Below, one piece after another: positions 7,727-16,192 of a DNA stretch of 30,759 nt (positions are counted from its first letter, which is position 1; each line of letters begins with the position of its first letter). The position numbers were made by a program, and so were the translations under genes. The notes under the pieces were generated by a model. It was given only the letters and a program-made list of their open reading frames with translations. It was not told the DNA's origin and did no database searches. The DNA is from an uncultured Rhodobacterales bacterium (GTDB lineage: Bacteria > Pseudomonadota > Alphaproteobacteria > Rhodobacterales > Rhodobacteraceae): the NCBI GenBank assembly GCA_964435755.1, contig CAYTBD010000002.1:1-30759 (forward strand), in the 5' to 3' direction.

Positions 7727-7876
7727 GCCAGGGAGAAGCTGATTGGGTGACGAAGGTTCCCGCGCGCGAGATGTGCGGGGAGGTGGTTGCCGAAGGCGTC
7801 GCGTGCCGCCATGCTCTTCTGCAGAAGCATGTGCCCGATCCGGCCGTTGCGATCGCACTGCGAGGGAGTTGCCGTG

Positions 7877-9259
7877 ATGAAGCTCGACTGCTTCAAGTCC
7901 TACGATATCCGCGGCCGGCTCGGTGAGACGCTGGACGTCGCCATCGCCAAGCGCATCGGAGCGGCGTTCGCCGAGGTGATCGGGGCGCGGCACGTCGTCG
8001 TCGGCCACGATGCCCGGGCCACGAGCCCGGCGCTGAAGGCGGCGGTGATCGAGGGGCTGACGTCGACCGGGGCCAACGTCTCCGATATCGGCCTTTGCGG
8101 CACCGAAGAGGTGTATTTCGCGACAGGTCATCTCGAAGCCGACGGCGGGATCATGGTGACGGCGTCGCACAACCCGATCGACTACAACGGCATGAAGCTC
8201 GTCGGGCCGGGATCGCGCCCCATCGATCCGCAGGACGAACTGCCGCGGATTCGGGCCGTCGCGGAGAACGGCAACTGGTCCGTGGCGTCGACGCCGGGCA
8301 TTAAGAGTCTTGTCGAGACGCGCCCGGCCTATGCGGCGCGGGTCGCCGCTCTCTCGGGGGATCTTGCGGGCCGGTCGTTCCGGATCCTCGCGAATGCCGG
8401 CAACGGCACGGCGGGCGCCGCCTTCGACGCCGTGCTCGATCGGCTTTCCGCGCAGGGCGCCCGGATCGATGTCGCGCGGCTGCACTTCGAGCCGGACCCG
8501 TCCTTCCCACACGGGATTCCGAACCCGCTCCTGCCGGAGAACCGGGAGGCGACGGCCATGGCCGTGCGGGCGCAGGGAGCGGATCTCGGCCTGGCCTGGG
8601 ACGGCGATTTCGACCGGTGCTTCTTCTTCGATGAGCGCGGCGATTTCGTCGATGGCGAATACGTCGTCGCGCTTCTCGCGGAGGCGGCGCTCGCGAGGGA
8701 GCCGGGGGCGACGATCGTTTGCGATCCGCGGCTTGTCTGGGCGACGACGCACGCCATAGACGCGGGCGGCGGCAGGCGCGTCCTCTCGCGCACCGGCCAT
8801 GCGTTCCTCAAGGCGAGGATGCGCGAGGCCGGGGCGGTCTACGGCGGTGAAATGTCGGCGCATCACTATTTCCGGGAGTTCTTCCACTGCGACAGCGGCA
8901 TGATCCCGTGGGTGCTGGTGCTGAGCCTGCTTGCGGCGAGCGGGCGCCCGCTCTCGGCGCATGTCGCCGAGATGCGGAAGCGTTTCCCGTCCTCTGGCGA
9001 GATCAACTTCAAGGTTCCCGACCCGGGAGCCGCCCTCGCAGCCGTGGAGGAGCGTCTCGGCGCGGAGGCGGTCGATGTCGACCGTCTCGACGGGCTCAGC
9101 CTGACGTTCCCGGACTGGCGCATGAACCTCCGGGCCTCGAACACGGAGCCGCTTCTGCGCCTGAACGTCGAGACGCGCGGCGATCGCACGCTCCTGGAGG
9201 AGAAGGTTGCGGCGGTGTCGGAGCTGATCTACGACGCGGCGGGAGTGGCCGCGGAATGA
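7877..9259 (+). CDS. manB: Phosphomannomutase/phosphoglucomutase, 460 aa
   Basis: FKSYDIRG start, phosphoserine motif TASHNP, metal-binding DGDFDR, sugar-binding GEMSAHHYF, C-terminal RASNTEPLLRLNVE. RBS GAGGGAG before GTG-ATG at 7874/7877. Confidence 0.95.
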   Translation: MKLDCFKSYDIRGRLGETLDVAIAKRIGAAFAEVIGARHVVVGHDARATSPALKAAVIEGLTSTGANVSDIGLCGTEEVYFATGHLEADGGIMVTASHNPIDYNGMKLVGPGSRPIDPQDELPRIRAVAENGNWSVASTPGIKSLVETRPAYAARVAALSGDLAGRSFRILANAGNGTAGAAFDAVLDRLSAQGARIDVARLHFEPDPSFPHGIPNPLLPENREATAMAVRAQGADLGLAWDGDFDRCFFFDERGDFVDGEYVVALLAEAALAREPGATIVCDPRLVWATTHAIDAGGGRRVLSRTGHAFLKARMREAGAVYGGEMSAHHYFREFFHCDSGMIPWVLVLSLLAASGRPLSAHVAEMRKRFPSSGEINFKVPDPGAALAAVEERLGAEAVDVDRLDGLSLTFPDWRMNLRASNTEPLLRLNVETRGDRTLLEEKVAAVSELIYDAAGVAAE

Positions 9260-9302
9260 TCCCAGACCCCGATCCGTCGATGTTTCAGTCCGCGAGGGAC
9301 AC

Positions 9303-10730
9303 ATGACAGACCAGCGCATTCACCCGGTGATCCTTGCCGGCGGCAGCGGGACCCGGCTCTGGCCGATTTCCCGCAAGGGCTACCCGAAGCAGTTCACGCC
9401 GCTGCTCGGCGAGGAGAGCCTGTTCCAGGCGTCGGTGCGCCGCCTCTCCGGCGCAGGGTTCGCCCCTCCCGTCGTGGTGACGGGTGACGCGTTCCGCTTC
9501 ATCGTCTCGGAGCAGGTCGCGGACTGCGGGCTGGATCCGGGAGCCATTGTCATCGAACCCGACGGCCGCAACACGGCGCCGGCGGCGCTCGCGGCGGCGC
9601 TTCTGATCCGCGGCGCGGACCCCGGCGCCCTGATGCTGCTCGCGCCGTCCGACCACGCGATCCCGCAGGCAGACCGGTTCCGGTCGGCCGTCGCCAGCGC
9701 GGCACCGGCGGCGCGCGACGGTCGCCTCGTCACCTTCGGGATCGCGCCGACCCGGCCCGAGACCGGCTACGGGTATCTCGAACTCGAGAGCGGATCGGAC
9801 CCGGCTTCGGGATCGCCGCTGCCGCTGCGCGCCTTCGTCGAGAAGCCGGATGCGGAACTGGCGGCCGGACTGGTGCGGGGCGGACGTCATCTCTGGAACG
9901 CCGGCATCTTCCTGATGTCGGTCGAGGCCGTCGTCGAGGCCTTCAAGACGCATGCGCCGGAGATGCTGACGGCGGTCGAGGCGTCTCTCGCGGAGGCCGT
10001 CTGCGACCTCGGCTTCACCCGGCTCGACCCGACGTGCTGGGCCGGTGTCGAGGACATCTCGATCGACCACGCGATCATGGAGAAGGCCGGAAACCTGAGC
10101 GTCATGCCATATTCCGGGGACTGGTCGGACCTCGGAAGCTGGGACGCTGTGTGGCAAGGCGGCGCGCGGGATGGCGACGGCAACGCGGTGAGCACGACCG
10201 CCACCGCGATCGAGTGCCGCGACAGCCTGCTGCGCAGCGACGGCGTCCGGATCGTCGGGATCGGGCTCGAAGGGATCGTCGCGGTCGCGACGCGGGACGC
10301 GGTGCTCGTGGCGCGTGCGGACGCGTGTCAACGGGTGAAGGAGGCGGTGGAGGATCTGCGACGTCGGGAGGTCCCGGAGGCGGACGCGTTTCCGACGGAC
10401 CGACGCCCGTGGGGCTCGTTCGAGTCGCTCGCGAAGGGCGACCGTTTCCAGGTGAAGCGGATCGTGGTGAAGCCGGGCGGCGTGCTCAGTCTCCAGAGCC
10501 ACATGCACCGCGCCGAGCACTGGATCGTCGTGGCCGGCACGGCGAAGGTGACGGTGGGTTCCGACGTCAAGCTCGTGGCCGAAAACCAGTCGATCTACGT
10601 GCCGCTGGGCGAGAAGCACCGCATGGAGAATCCCGGCAAGGTGCCCATGGTGCTGATCGAGGTCCAGACCGGGAGCTATCTCGGCGAGGACGACATCATC
10701 CGGTACGAGGACGTCTATGCGCGCAACTGA
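9303..10730 (+). CDS. manC: Mannose-1-phosphate guanylyltransferase / mannose-6-phosphate isomerase (bifunctional), 475 aa
   Basis: ILAGGSGTRLWP, YPKQF, EPDGRNTAPA, FVEKPD, WNAGIF, WSDLGSW, and the cupin domain RPWG...SLQSHMHRAEHW...IEVQTGSYLGEDDI. Confidence 0.96.
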   Translation: MTDQRIHPVILAGGSGTRLWPISRKGYPKQFTPLLGEESLFQASVRRLSGAGFAPPVVVTGDAFRFIVSEQVADCGLDPGAIVIEPDGRNTAPAALAAALLIRGADPGALMLLAPSDHAIPQADRFRSAVASAAPAARDGRLVTFGIAPTRPETGYGYLELESGSDPASGSPLPLRAFVEKPDAELAAGLVRGGRHLWNAGIFLMSVEAVVEAFKTHAPEMLTAVEASLAEAVCDLGFTRLDPTCWAGVEDISIDHAIMEKAGNLSVMPYSGDWSDLGSWDAVWQGGARDGDGNAVSTTATAIECRDSLLRSDGVRIVGIGLEGIVAVATRDAVLVARADACQRVKEAVEDLRRREVPEADAFPTDRRPWGSFESLAKGDRFQVKRIVVKPGGVLSLQSHMHRAEHWIVVAGTAKVTVGSDVKLVAENQSIYVPLGEKHRMENPGKVPMVLIEVQTGSYLGEDDIIRYEDVYARN

Positions 10731-10924
10731 GCGGCGCGGCCGGTGCGACGAGAGGGTCGGAGATCGATGGAGCGCATCGAGCGAGAGCCTACCCATTTCC
10801 CGGAGGCGGTCCCTCGCAGTTCAGTCCGCCGATCTCTGAGCAGGCGTCCTTTGCGAAAACCTCGTGCGCCGTCCGGATGACGGGTGCCGATCCCGCGACC
10901 AGGGCGGCGTCCTTCCTAACGGAC

Positions 10925-11097
10925 TGAACCGCCACACGTTTACCCGAGGCTCCAACTCCTGAGCAGGATCGGGCCATCATGCGCAAGACGACGAACAGGT
11001 ACTCCCCGAGGTCCGTGAGCGGGCCGTGCGCATGCCGCTTGAGGATCGCCACCCATCGCGGTGGGCGGCGGCGACGTCGATCGCGGTGATGGCATAA
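10925..11097 (+). mobile_element. Decayed IS3-family (IS51-group-like) left end: terminal IR plus 5' fragment of transposase orfA
   Basis: Starts TGAACCGCC, followed by GAGGCTCCAACTCCTGAGCAGGAT...CATCATG, an arrangement I recognise from IS3-family left ends. No integrase/DDE orfB or right IR follows. Confidence 0.8.
10979..11097 (+). pseudogene. Frameshifted, truncated IS3-family transposase orfA
   Basis: ATG at 10979 reads MRKTTNRYSP. Restoring one base in the C-run at 11004-11007 gives EVRERAVRMPLEDRHPSRWAAATSIA, matching the OrfA pattern xTTNKFSPEVRERAVRM...HPSRWAA, then TAA at 11095-11097. Confidence 0.78.
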
Positions 11098-11101
11098 GCT
11101 C

Positions 11102-12067
11102 TCAGGTCGTGGAGCGTTTGCGTCTTCGGCGTTCATCGCTGACAACGCGTGCGAGGCGACGGATCCTGAGAGCGCGATTGAATTCTCCGCCGAAGATCAG
11201 GACCAGGGCCGCGAGATACATGAAGTAGAGAGTGGCGACGATCCCGGCCAGACCCGCGTAGTAGCTTGAATAGCTGGCGTAGTTGCCAAGATAGAACGAG
11301 AAGGCCGCCGCCAGCAGGGTCCAGAGGGACAGCGTGAAGAGAACGCCGGGCCAGATGTTCGCGAACCGACTGCGTCGCGCCGGCAGGAACACATGCGCCA
11401 CGAGCAGCGCGGCCACCAGAATCACGACGGCCGCAGGATATCGGATCACTCCCAGCGTCACCGAGCCGGGTTCGAAACGGGGGATCACGTCGTGCAGGAG
11501 CGACCCGGCCCAGGGCGCGAGAACCAGCAGGTAGCCAACAGCGACAAGCGCCAGCCCGGCCACAACGACGACCGAGACCTGCACGGCGTATAGCTTCACC
11601 GTCGATCTGGTCTCGTGGATTCCGTACGCCCGGTTGAGCCCGACCCGGACGCCGTCGACGCCGCCCGTCGCGAACCAGATCGTCAGCAGGATACCTATGC
11701 TGAGCACCCCGCCGCGCGGCACCGTCATCACGTTTTCCACTTCGGCCACGATGGGCTCGAGCAGTTCCTGCGGCAAGATCGCGATCAGGAACTCGATGAG
11801 CGTGTCGGCCATGCTGCGGTCGCCGATGAAAGCGGTCAACGCACTCGTGAAGATCAGAAACGGAAAGATCGCGAGAAGGGCGCGAAACGCGATGTTTCCT
11901 GCCAGACCGAAGGCGTCGTCGCTCCACAGGCGGAGCCCGGATTCTCGAAGAACGGCCCACAGAGCGCGCCATCCCGTCGCGCGAAAAAGATCCTCCGGAT
12001 GGTCCGAAAGAACCCCGTGCGTCAGGAGCGCGTCGCGCCCCGATTCATGATCCGACTCGGCCTTCAT
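11102..12067 (-). CDS. YihY/virulence factor BrkB family membrane protein, 321 aa
   Basis: AGNIAFRALLAIFPFL, GLNRAY, PGVLF...W, Y..LAGIVATLYFMYL and LIFGGEFN motifs; about 6 TM helices. Confidence 0.92.
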   Translation of the reverse strand: MKAESDHESGRDALLTHGVLSDHPEDLFRATGWRALWAVLRESGLRLWSDDAFGLAGNIAFRALLAIFPFLIFTSALTAFIGDRSMADTLIEFLIAILPQELLEPIVAEVENVMTVPRGGVLSIGILLTIWFATGGVDGVRVGLNRAYGIHETRSTVKLYAVQVSVVVVAGLALVAVGYLLVLAPWAGSLLHDVIPRFEPGSVTLGVIRYPAAVVILVAALLVAHVFLPARRSRFANIWPGVLFTLSLWTLLAAAFSFYLGNYASYSSYYAGLAGIVATLYFMYLAALVLIFGGEFNRALRIRRLARVVSDERRRRKRSTT

Positions 12068-12211
12068 GGGCTGATCCTATCGTTTCGGACGGAGGCCTTC
12101 CGCCGGATGGTCACGGCGGTCCCCCGTTTGTCCCTTCGGACATGGCCCCGGAGGCGCATGCATCCGGATCGACGAGCCCTGGACGCGGTTGCATCCAACG
12201 GCAGGCGACCG

Positions 12212-13048
12212 TCACTTGTCGAGACGGCTCTGATCCTCGATGGTCCTCAGGGCCGTGCGCATCGCCTCGACGAACTCCTTGCTGTCGTAGATGTCGTTGT
12301 GTCCGACGCCCGGGATGACGCGGTCGAGAACAGGATCTCCTGACGCGCGACGCAGCGCCTCGGTGCGCCGCGCGGGGACGATCTGGTCGCGTTCGGCTGC
12401 GATGATCGCGACGTTCGCCGACGACCGGCCGACGGCACCCGCCACGTCCATCCGGTGCCGCAGAAGCAGGCGGGCCGGGAGCCAGGGATAGAGATCGCCG
12501 GCGAGCGCCTCGATCGAGTCGAATGGCGTGACGAGGATCAGGCCGGCGACGGGGCGACGGCTTGCCAGATGAGCCGCCGGTCCTGCTCCAAGGCTCAGTC
12601 CGACGACGACCGTCCGGCCACCGACGCGCGGAGCGATGACCTCGTCATAGATGAGTTCCGCGTCCTCGAGGATGGCCTCGGCACTCGGTCGGCCGGCACT
12701 TGGTCCGTATCCACGGTAGTGGACGGTCACGATGTCCCGGGTCGGAAAAATCGAATGGAGGTAGATCGCGAGGATGTCGGCATCCCACGCATTCCCGCCG
12801 AACCCGAGAAGGAGAGCCGATCCTTCCGGCGGGGGTCGTTCGGCAGGCAGCACGACGCCGACCAGCGGACCACCGTCCGGAACCTCGATCGAGATGCGCT
12901 CGGCCGCCGCCGGCAGGGAGACCCCTCCGCTTCCCATCAACCATCGCGGAAACAGCAGCCAATCCTGGACGGCGGCGACCAGCAGGACGAAGGCGAGATA
13001 GAGCCCCGCGAGGCCGGCTGCGATCTTCAACAGTGTCATGGCCTTCAT
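12212..13048 (-). CDS. Alpha/beta hydrolase with N-terminal membrane anchor, 278 aa
   Basis: N-terminal TM, FGGNAW oxyanion region, YRGYGPSAG, nucleophile elbow GLSLG, putative triad Asp (AERDQIV) and His (GHNDIY). Confidence 0.9.
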   Translation of the reverse strand: MKAMTLLKIAAGLAGLYLAFVLLVAAVQDWLLFPRWLMGSGGVSLPAAAERISIEVPDGGPLVGVVLPAERPPPEGSALLLGFGGNAWDADILAIYLHSIFPTRDIVTVHYRGYGPSAGRPSAEAILEDAELIYDEVIAPRVGGRTVVVGLSLGAGPAAHLASRRPVAGLILVTPFDSIEALAGDLYPWLPARLLLRHRMDVAGAVGRSSANVAIIAAERDQIVPARRTEALRRASGDPVLDRVIPGVGHNDIYDSKEFVEAMRTALRTIEDQSRLDK

Positions 13049-13097
13049 GGATAGATGGTCGGGATCATGGTCCCGCGTTGAATATCGTACGCAGCAC

Positions 13098-14732
13098 TCA
13101 CATTAGAAGAACGAAGAAGACCCCCACGAGGATCGGAAGAAGGGCACCGCTGACCGTCCAACGAATGAGGTTGCGGTCCGCTCCCGCGATTGTGCGCGGC
13201 AACGCCCTGAGGACGCGCTCGCCTCGCCCGAGCGGCACCTGATCGGGGAGTGCGACCGAAACCGGGTGCCAGGCCGGCAGGAGAAGCAGCAGGTCCCCCG
13301 GCGGGACCGTGCGCGGGCTCCGGCGCAGCAGCACGAGCGCGAAGGGGATCGCTGCGGCCACCGGCCATGTGGCATCGAAGATGGACGATGCCGAGAGCGG
13401 ATAGCCCATCTGGCGGCCGGTCCACTCCGTCCAGAGGAGCCAAGGGCCGGCAAACGCGAGGGCGCCGGCAAGAGCCGATAGCGCGAACCGGGACGGAAAT
13501 CCTGCCGATGGAGCGCGGGAGGGGGCGAGCAGCCAGAGTTTACGGAGAAACCAGACGAGGATCAGGCTGGTGACGACGGAACTCAGGCTGACCGCCAGCA
13601 CAACCGCGTCAGTCAGACCCGGTTTCACGGCAGCTTTGGCGAGCGCGCCTCCCGTAAGAGGAAATCCGGCAACCGACGCAGCGACGGCCGCGGCGCAGCC
13701 GAGGCAGAGCACGCGGTGGCGCATGTTCCCGACCGCGAGCATGACGCCCACGAGGAGAAACAGCGCGCCTTTGGCGAACCCGTGGTGCAGCGCGTAGAAG
13801 GGCGCCAGCTCGCGCGCCGCGCCTCCCGCGCCTACGAGCATCACCATCAGACCCATCTGGCTTATCGTGGAATAGGCGAGGACGGCCTTCGGGTTCGCCT
13901 GAGTCAGACCCCAGAGCGCCGCGCCGAAGGCGCCCAGAAGCCCGAATGCCATCAGGAACGCGCCGAACGCTTCGTCCGGCAGAAACAGGATCAGTCCGAA
14001 CAACCCTGCCTTCACGATCGCGCCCGACAGGACAGCGGAGGCCGGCACCGGCGCGGCGGGATGGGCGAGCGGAAGCCAGACATGCAAAGGCACGAGCCCC
14101 GCCTTGATCCCGAAGCCGGCGACGAGAAGCGCGACGGCGACGGGACCGGCGCCCGACGAGGTGATAGCCGCGCGGACGTCGGCAATGCCCACGCCACCGG
14201 CGGCGGCGGCCCCGATCAAGAGACCAAGGAGAAGGAAGACCTCGCCGGCGATCGCGATCACGATGTAGACGCGCCCCGCCCGCAGGGCCGTTCCGGTCCG
14301 GTCGTGAACGATGAGAAACCACGCCGCGAGCGAGACCGCGGCGAAGGCCACGTAGAAGGTGACGACATCGAGGGCGAGAAACACGCCGAGGTTCCCCGAC
14401 AGCGTCACGCTCCAGAATCCGGAGAAGATCGCCGTATGAGGCTTTCCCGCCATCGGTTGGGCTGCCAGTCCCGCGATGAGCCAAAGCGCCGCCGTCATCC
14501 CGAGGAGCAGGCGCCGCGCGCCGTCGAGCCCGAGCGTCACCCCGAGCAGGAGACCGGGCGCCGCCGTCACCTCCTCGACCCCGGTGACCGCGAGCCAGAG
14601 CGCGGGGAGCGGCGCCAGGGGCAGCAGGCGCACCGCCCGTCCCCGCAGAACCGGCAGGGCCGTCAGCGCGGCCAGAAGCAGCGGCCAGACGAGCGCCATC
14701 AGAGGCAGGAGCGGCCCGGTCCAGAGCGTCAT
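13098..14732 (-). CDS. Complex I subunit 5 / MrpD-HyfB-like antiporter-like subunit (third copy, D3), 544 aa
   Basis: IKAGLVPLHVWLPLAHPAAPVPASAVLSGAIVKAG, LAYSTISQMG, HHGFAKGALFL, GFPLTGGALAK. ATG at 14732 overlaps the upstream stop (ATGA); the track start at 15074 is an over-extension. Confidence 0.9.
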   Translation of the reverse strand: MTLWTGPLLPLMALVWPLLLAALTALPVLRGRAVRLLPLAPLPALWLAVTGVEEVTAAPGLLLGVTLGLDGARRLLLGMTAALWLIAGLAAQPMAGKPHTAIFSGFWSVTLSGNLGVFLALDVVTFYVAFAAVSLAAWFLIVHDRTGTALRAGRVYIVIAIAGEVFLLLGLLIGAAAAGGVGIADVRAAITSSGAGPVAVALLVAGFGIKAGLVPLHVWLPLAHPAAPVPASAVLSGAIVKAGLFGLILFLPDEAFGAFLMAFGLLGAFGAALWGLTQANPKAVLAYSTISQMGLMVMLVGAGGAARELAPFYALHHGFAKGALFLLVGVMLAVGNMRHRVLCLGCAAAVAASVAGFPLTGGALAKAAVKPGLTDAVVLAVSLSSVVTSLILVWFLRKLWLLAPSRAPSAGFPSRFALSALAGALAFAGPWLLWTEWTGRQMGYPLSASSIFDATWPVAAAIPFALVLLRRSPRTVPPGDLLLLLPAWHPVSVALPDQVPLGRGERVLRALPRTIAGADRNLIRWTVSGALLPILVGVFFVLLM

Positions 14733-16192
14733 CTCATCTCCCCTCTCTCTGCGATCAGCGTGGCCCAGCCTAGCGGGCTCACCGGTGAGGCCGCCAGCGC
14801 CCCCGCACCGATCGCGCCAAGCGCCGCGACGACCGCCGGACCCACGAGCGCCGGAACGTTCTCGTCCCCTTTCGCATCCGGGGCCGGCTGAAGAAACCAG
14901 AGGCGGTAGAGAAGCGGCAGGAAATAGGCCGCGTTCAGGAGCGTGGACGCGCCGAGCACCGGCAGCACCCATGGCGCGCCGGCCTGCAACGCCCCGAGCC
15001 CGAGATAGATCTTGCTGACGAACCCGGCGAGTGGCGGAAGCCCGATCATGCCGAGCGCCCCGAGAGAGAAGCACGTGGAGGTCCAGGGCATCCGGGGACC
15101 GAGCCCGTTCAGGCCTTCGATGGTGCGGACGCCGGCGCGTTCGTCGTAGATCCCCGCGCAGAAGAACAGCGTGATCTTCATCAGTCCCTGGTGGACGAGA
15201 TGCGCGAGGCCGCCGATCATGCCGAAGGGGCTCGCCAGCGCGGCACCGAGGACGATGTAGCTCACTTGGCTCACCGTGGAGTAGGCGAGCCGTTTCTTGA
15301 TCCCGTCCTGCTGGAGCGCCCTGACCGACCCCCAGATGATCGTCGCGGAGGCCAGCGCCGCGAGCGGCACCCCCACTCCGAGATCAGCGACGCGCTCCGT
15401 TCCGAAGACGTCGTAGATCACGCGGATCACGCCGAAGGCCCCGGCCTTGACCACGGCGACCGCGTGCAGGAGCGCCGAAACCGGCGCAGGCGCCGCCATC
15501 GCCGCCGGCAGCCAGCCGTGAAGGGGGACGATGGCGGCCTTCATGCCGACGCCCACGATGAAGAGGACGAAGATCGCCCGGAGGCTCGCCGGGTCGATGC
15601 CCTCCAGATCCGGGGGGTCGGTGAACAGGACCGGTCCGGTCAAGCTTTCGAGCCAGACGATCGCCCAGAGCAGCGCCGCGCTGCAGGGCAGCGCGTAGAG
15701 CAGGTAGCGCCGCGCGGCCGACAGCGACGGCTCGTCCTGCTTGTGGGCGACGAGCGGCCAGGTGCTCAGCGTGAGAAGCTCGAAGAAGATGAAGAAGGAG
15801 ATCAGCGATCCCGAGAGGGCGATGCCCGTCGTCGCCGCGACGCACAGGCTGAAGAATCCGAAGAAGCGCGACAACTCGGGCTTCGAGCCGAAATAGGCGA
15901 TCGCGTAGATCGTGGTGAGAAGCCAGAGCACGGCCGAGAGCGAGACGAACAGGAGCGCCAGCGCGTCGATGCGCAGGAGCAGGACGAGGCCCGGCGCGAG
16001 AGGGATCCCGGTTTCGTAGATGGCGCCCTGCGCCACGGCGAAGAGCATCGCCACGATCAGCGCCACCTTGAGCACCGCCCCGCCGAGGCTCAGCGCGTTG
16101 CGGAGCCGGTGGCTTTCCTGATCGAGAAAGAAGGTGATGACGGCCGGAAGAAGGGAGGTCAGCAGGACGAAGACGGGAAGCAGTGCGGTCAC
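14729..16192 (-). CDS. Complex I subunit 5 / Mrp antiporter-like subunit (second copy, D2; MrpA/NuoL-like TM8), 487 aa
   Basis: FFIFFELLTL, MKAAIVPLHGWLPAAMAAPAPVSALLHAVAVVKAG, KKRLAYSTVSQ, GLPPLAGFVSK. GTG at 16192 overlaps the upstream TGA (GTGA). Confidence 0.92.
   Translation of the reverse strand: MTALLPVFVLLTSLLPAVITFFLDQESHRLRNALSLGGAVLKVALIVAMLFAVAQGAIYETGIPLAPGLVLLLRIDALALLFVSLSAVLWLLTTIYAIAYFGSKPELSRFFGFFSLCVAATTGIALSGSLISFFIFFELLTLSTWPLVAHKQDEPSLSAARRYLLYALPCSAALLWAIVWLESLTGPVLFTDPPDLEGIDPASLRAIFVLFIVGVGMKAAIVPLHGWLPAAMAAPAPVSALLHAVAVVKAGAFGVIRVIYDVFGTERVADLGVGVPLAALASATIIWGSVRALQQDGIKKRLAYSTVSQVSYIVLGAALASPFGMIGGLAHLVHQGLMKITLFFCAGIYDERAGVRTIEGLNGLGPRMPWTSTCFSLGALGMIGLPPLAGFVSKIYLGLGALQAGAPWVLPVLGASTLLNAAYFLPLLYRLWFLQPAPDAKGDENVPALVGPAVVAALGAIGAGALAASPVSPLGWATLIAERGEMR

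Noticed and set aside
10843-10859. GGCGTCCTTTGCGAAAA, resembling the CCTTTGCAAAA core of IS1106-type (IS5 family) terminal repeats
   Set aside because: Only a short imperfect match from memory, with no partner repeat or transposase fragment; needs an ISfinder search.
5816-12198. 11-bp direct repeat GGTTGCATCCA at 5816-5826 and 12188-12198; TTGCA suggested sigma54 -12 boxes
   Set aside because: No GG at the -24 position in either copy, and one 11-mer repeat in 30 kb is expected by chance.
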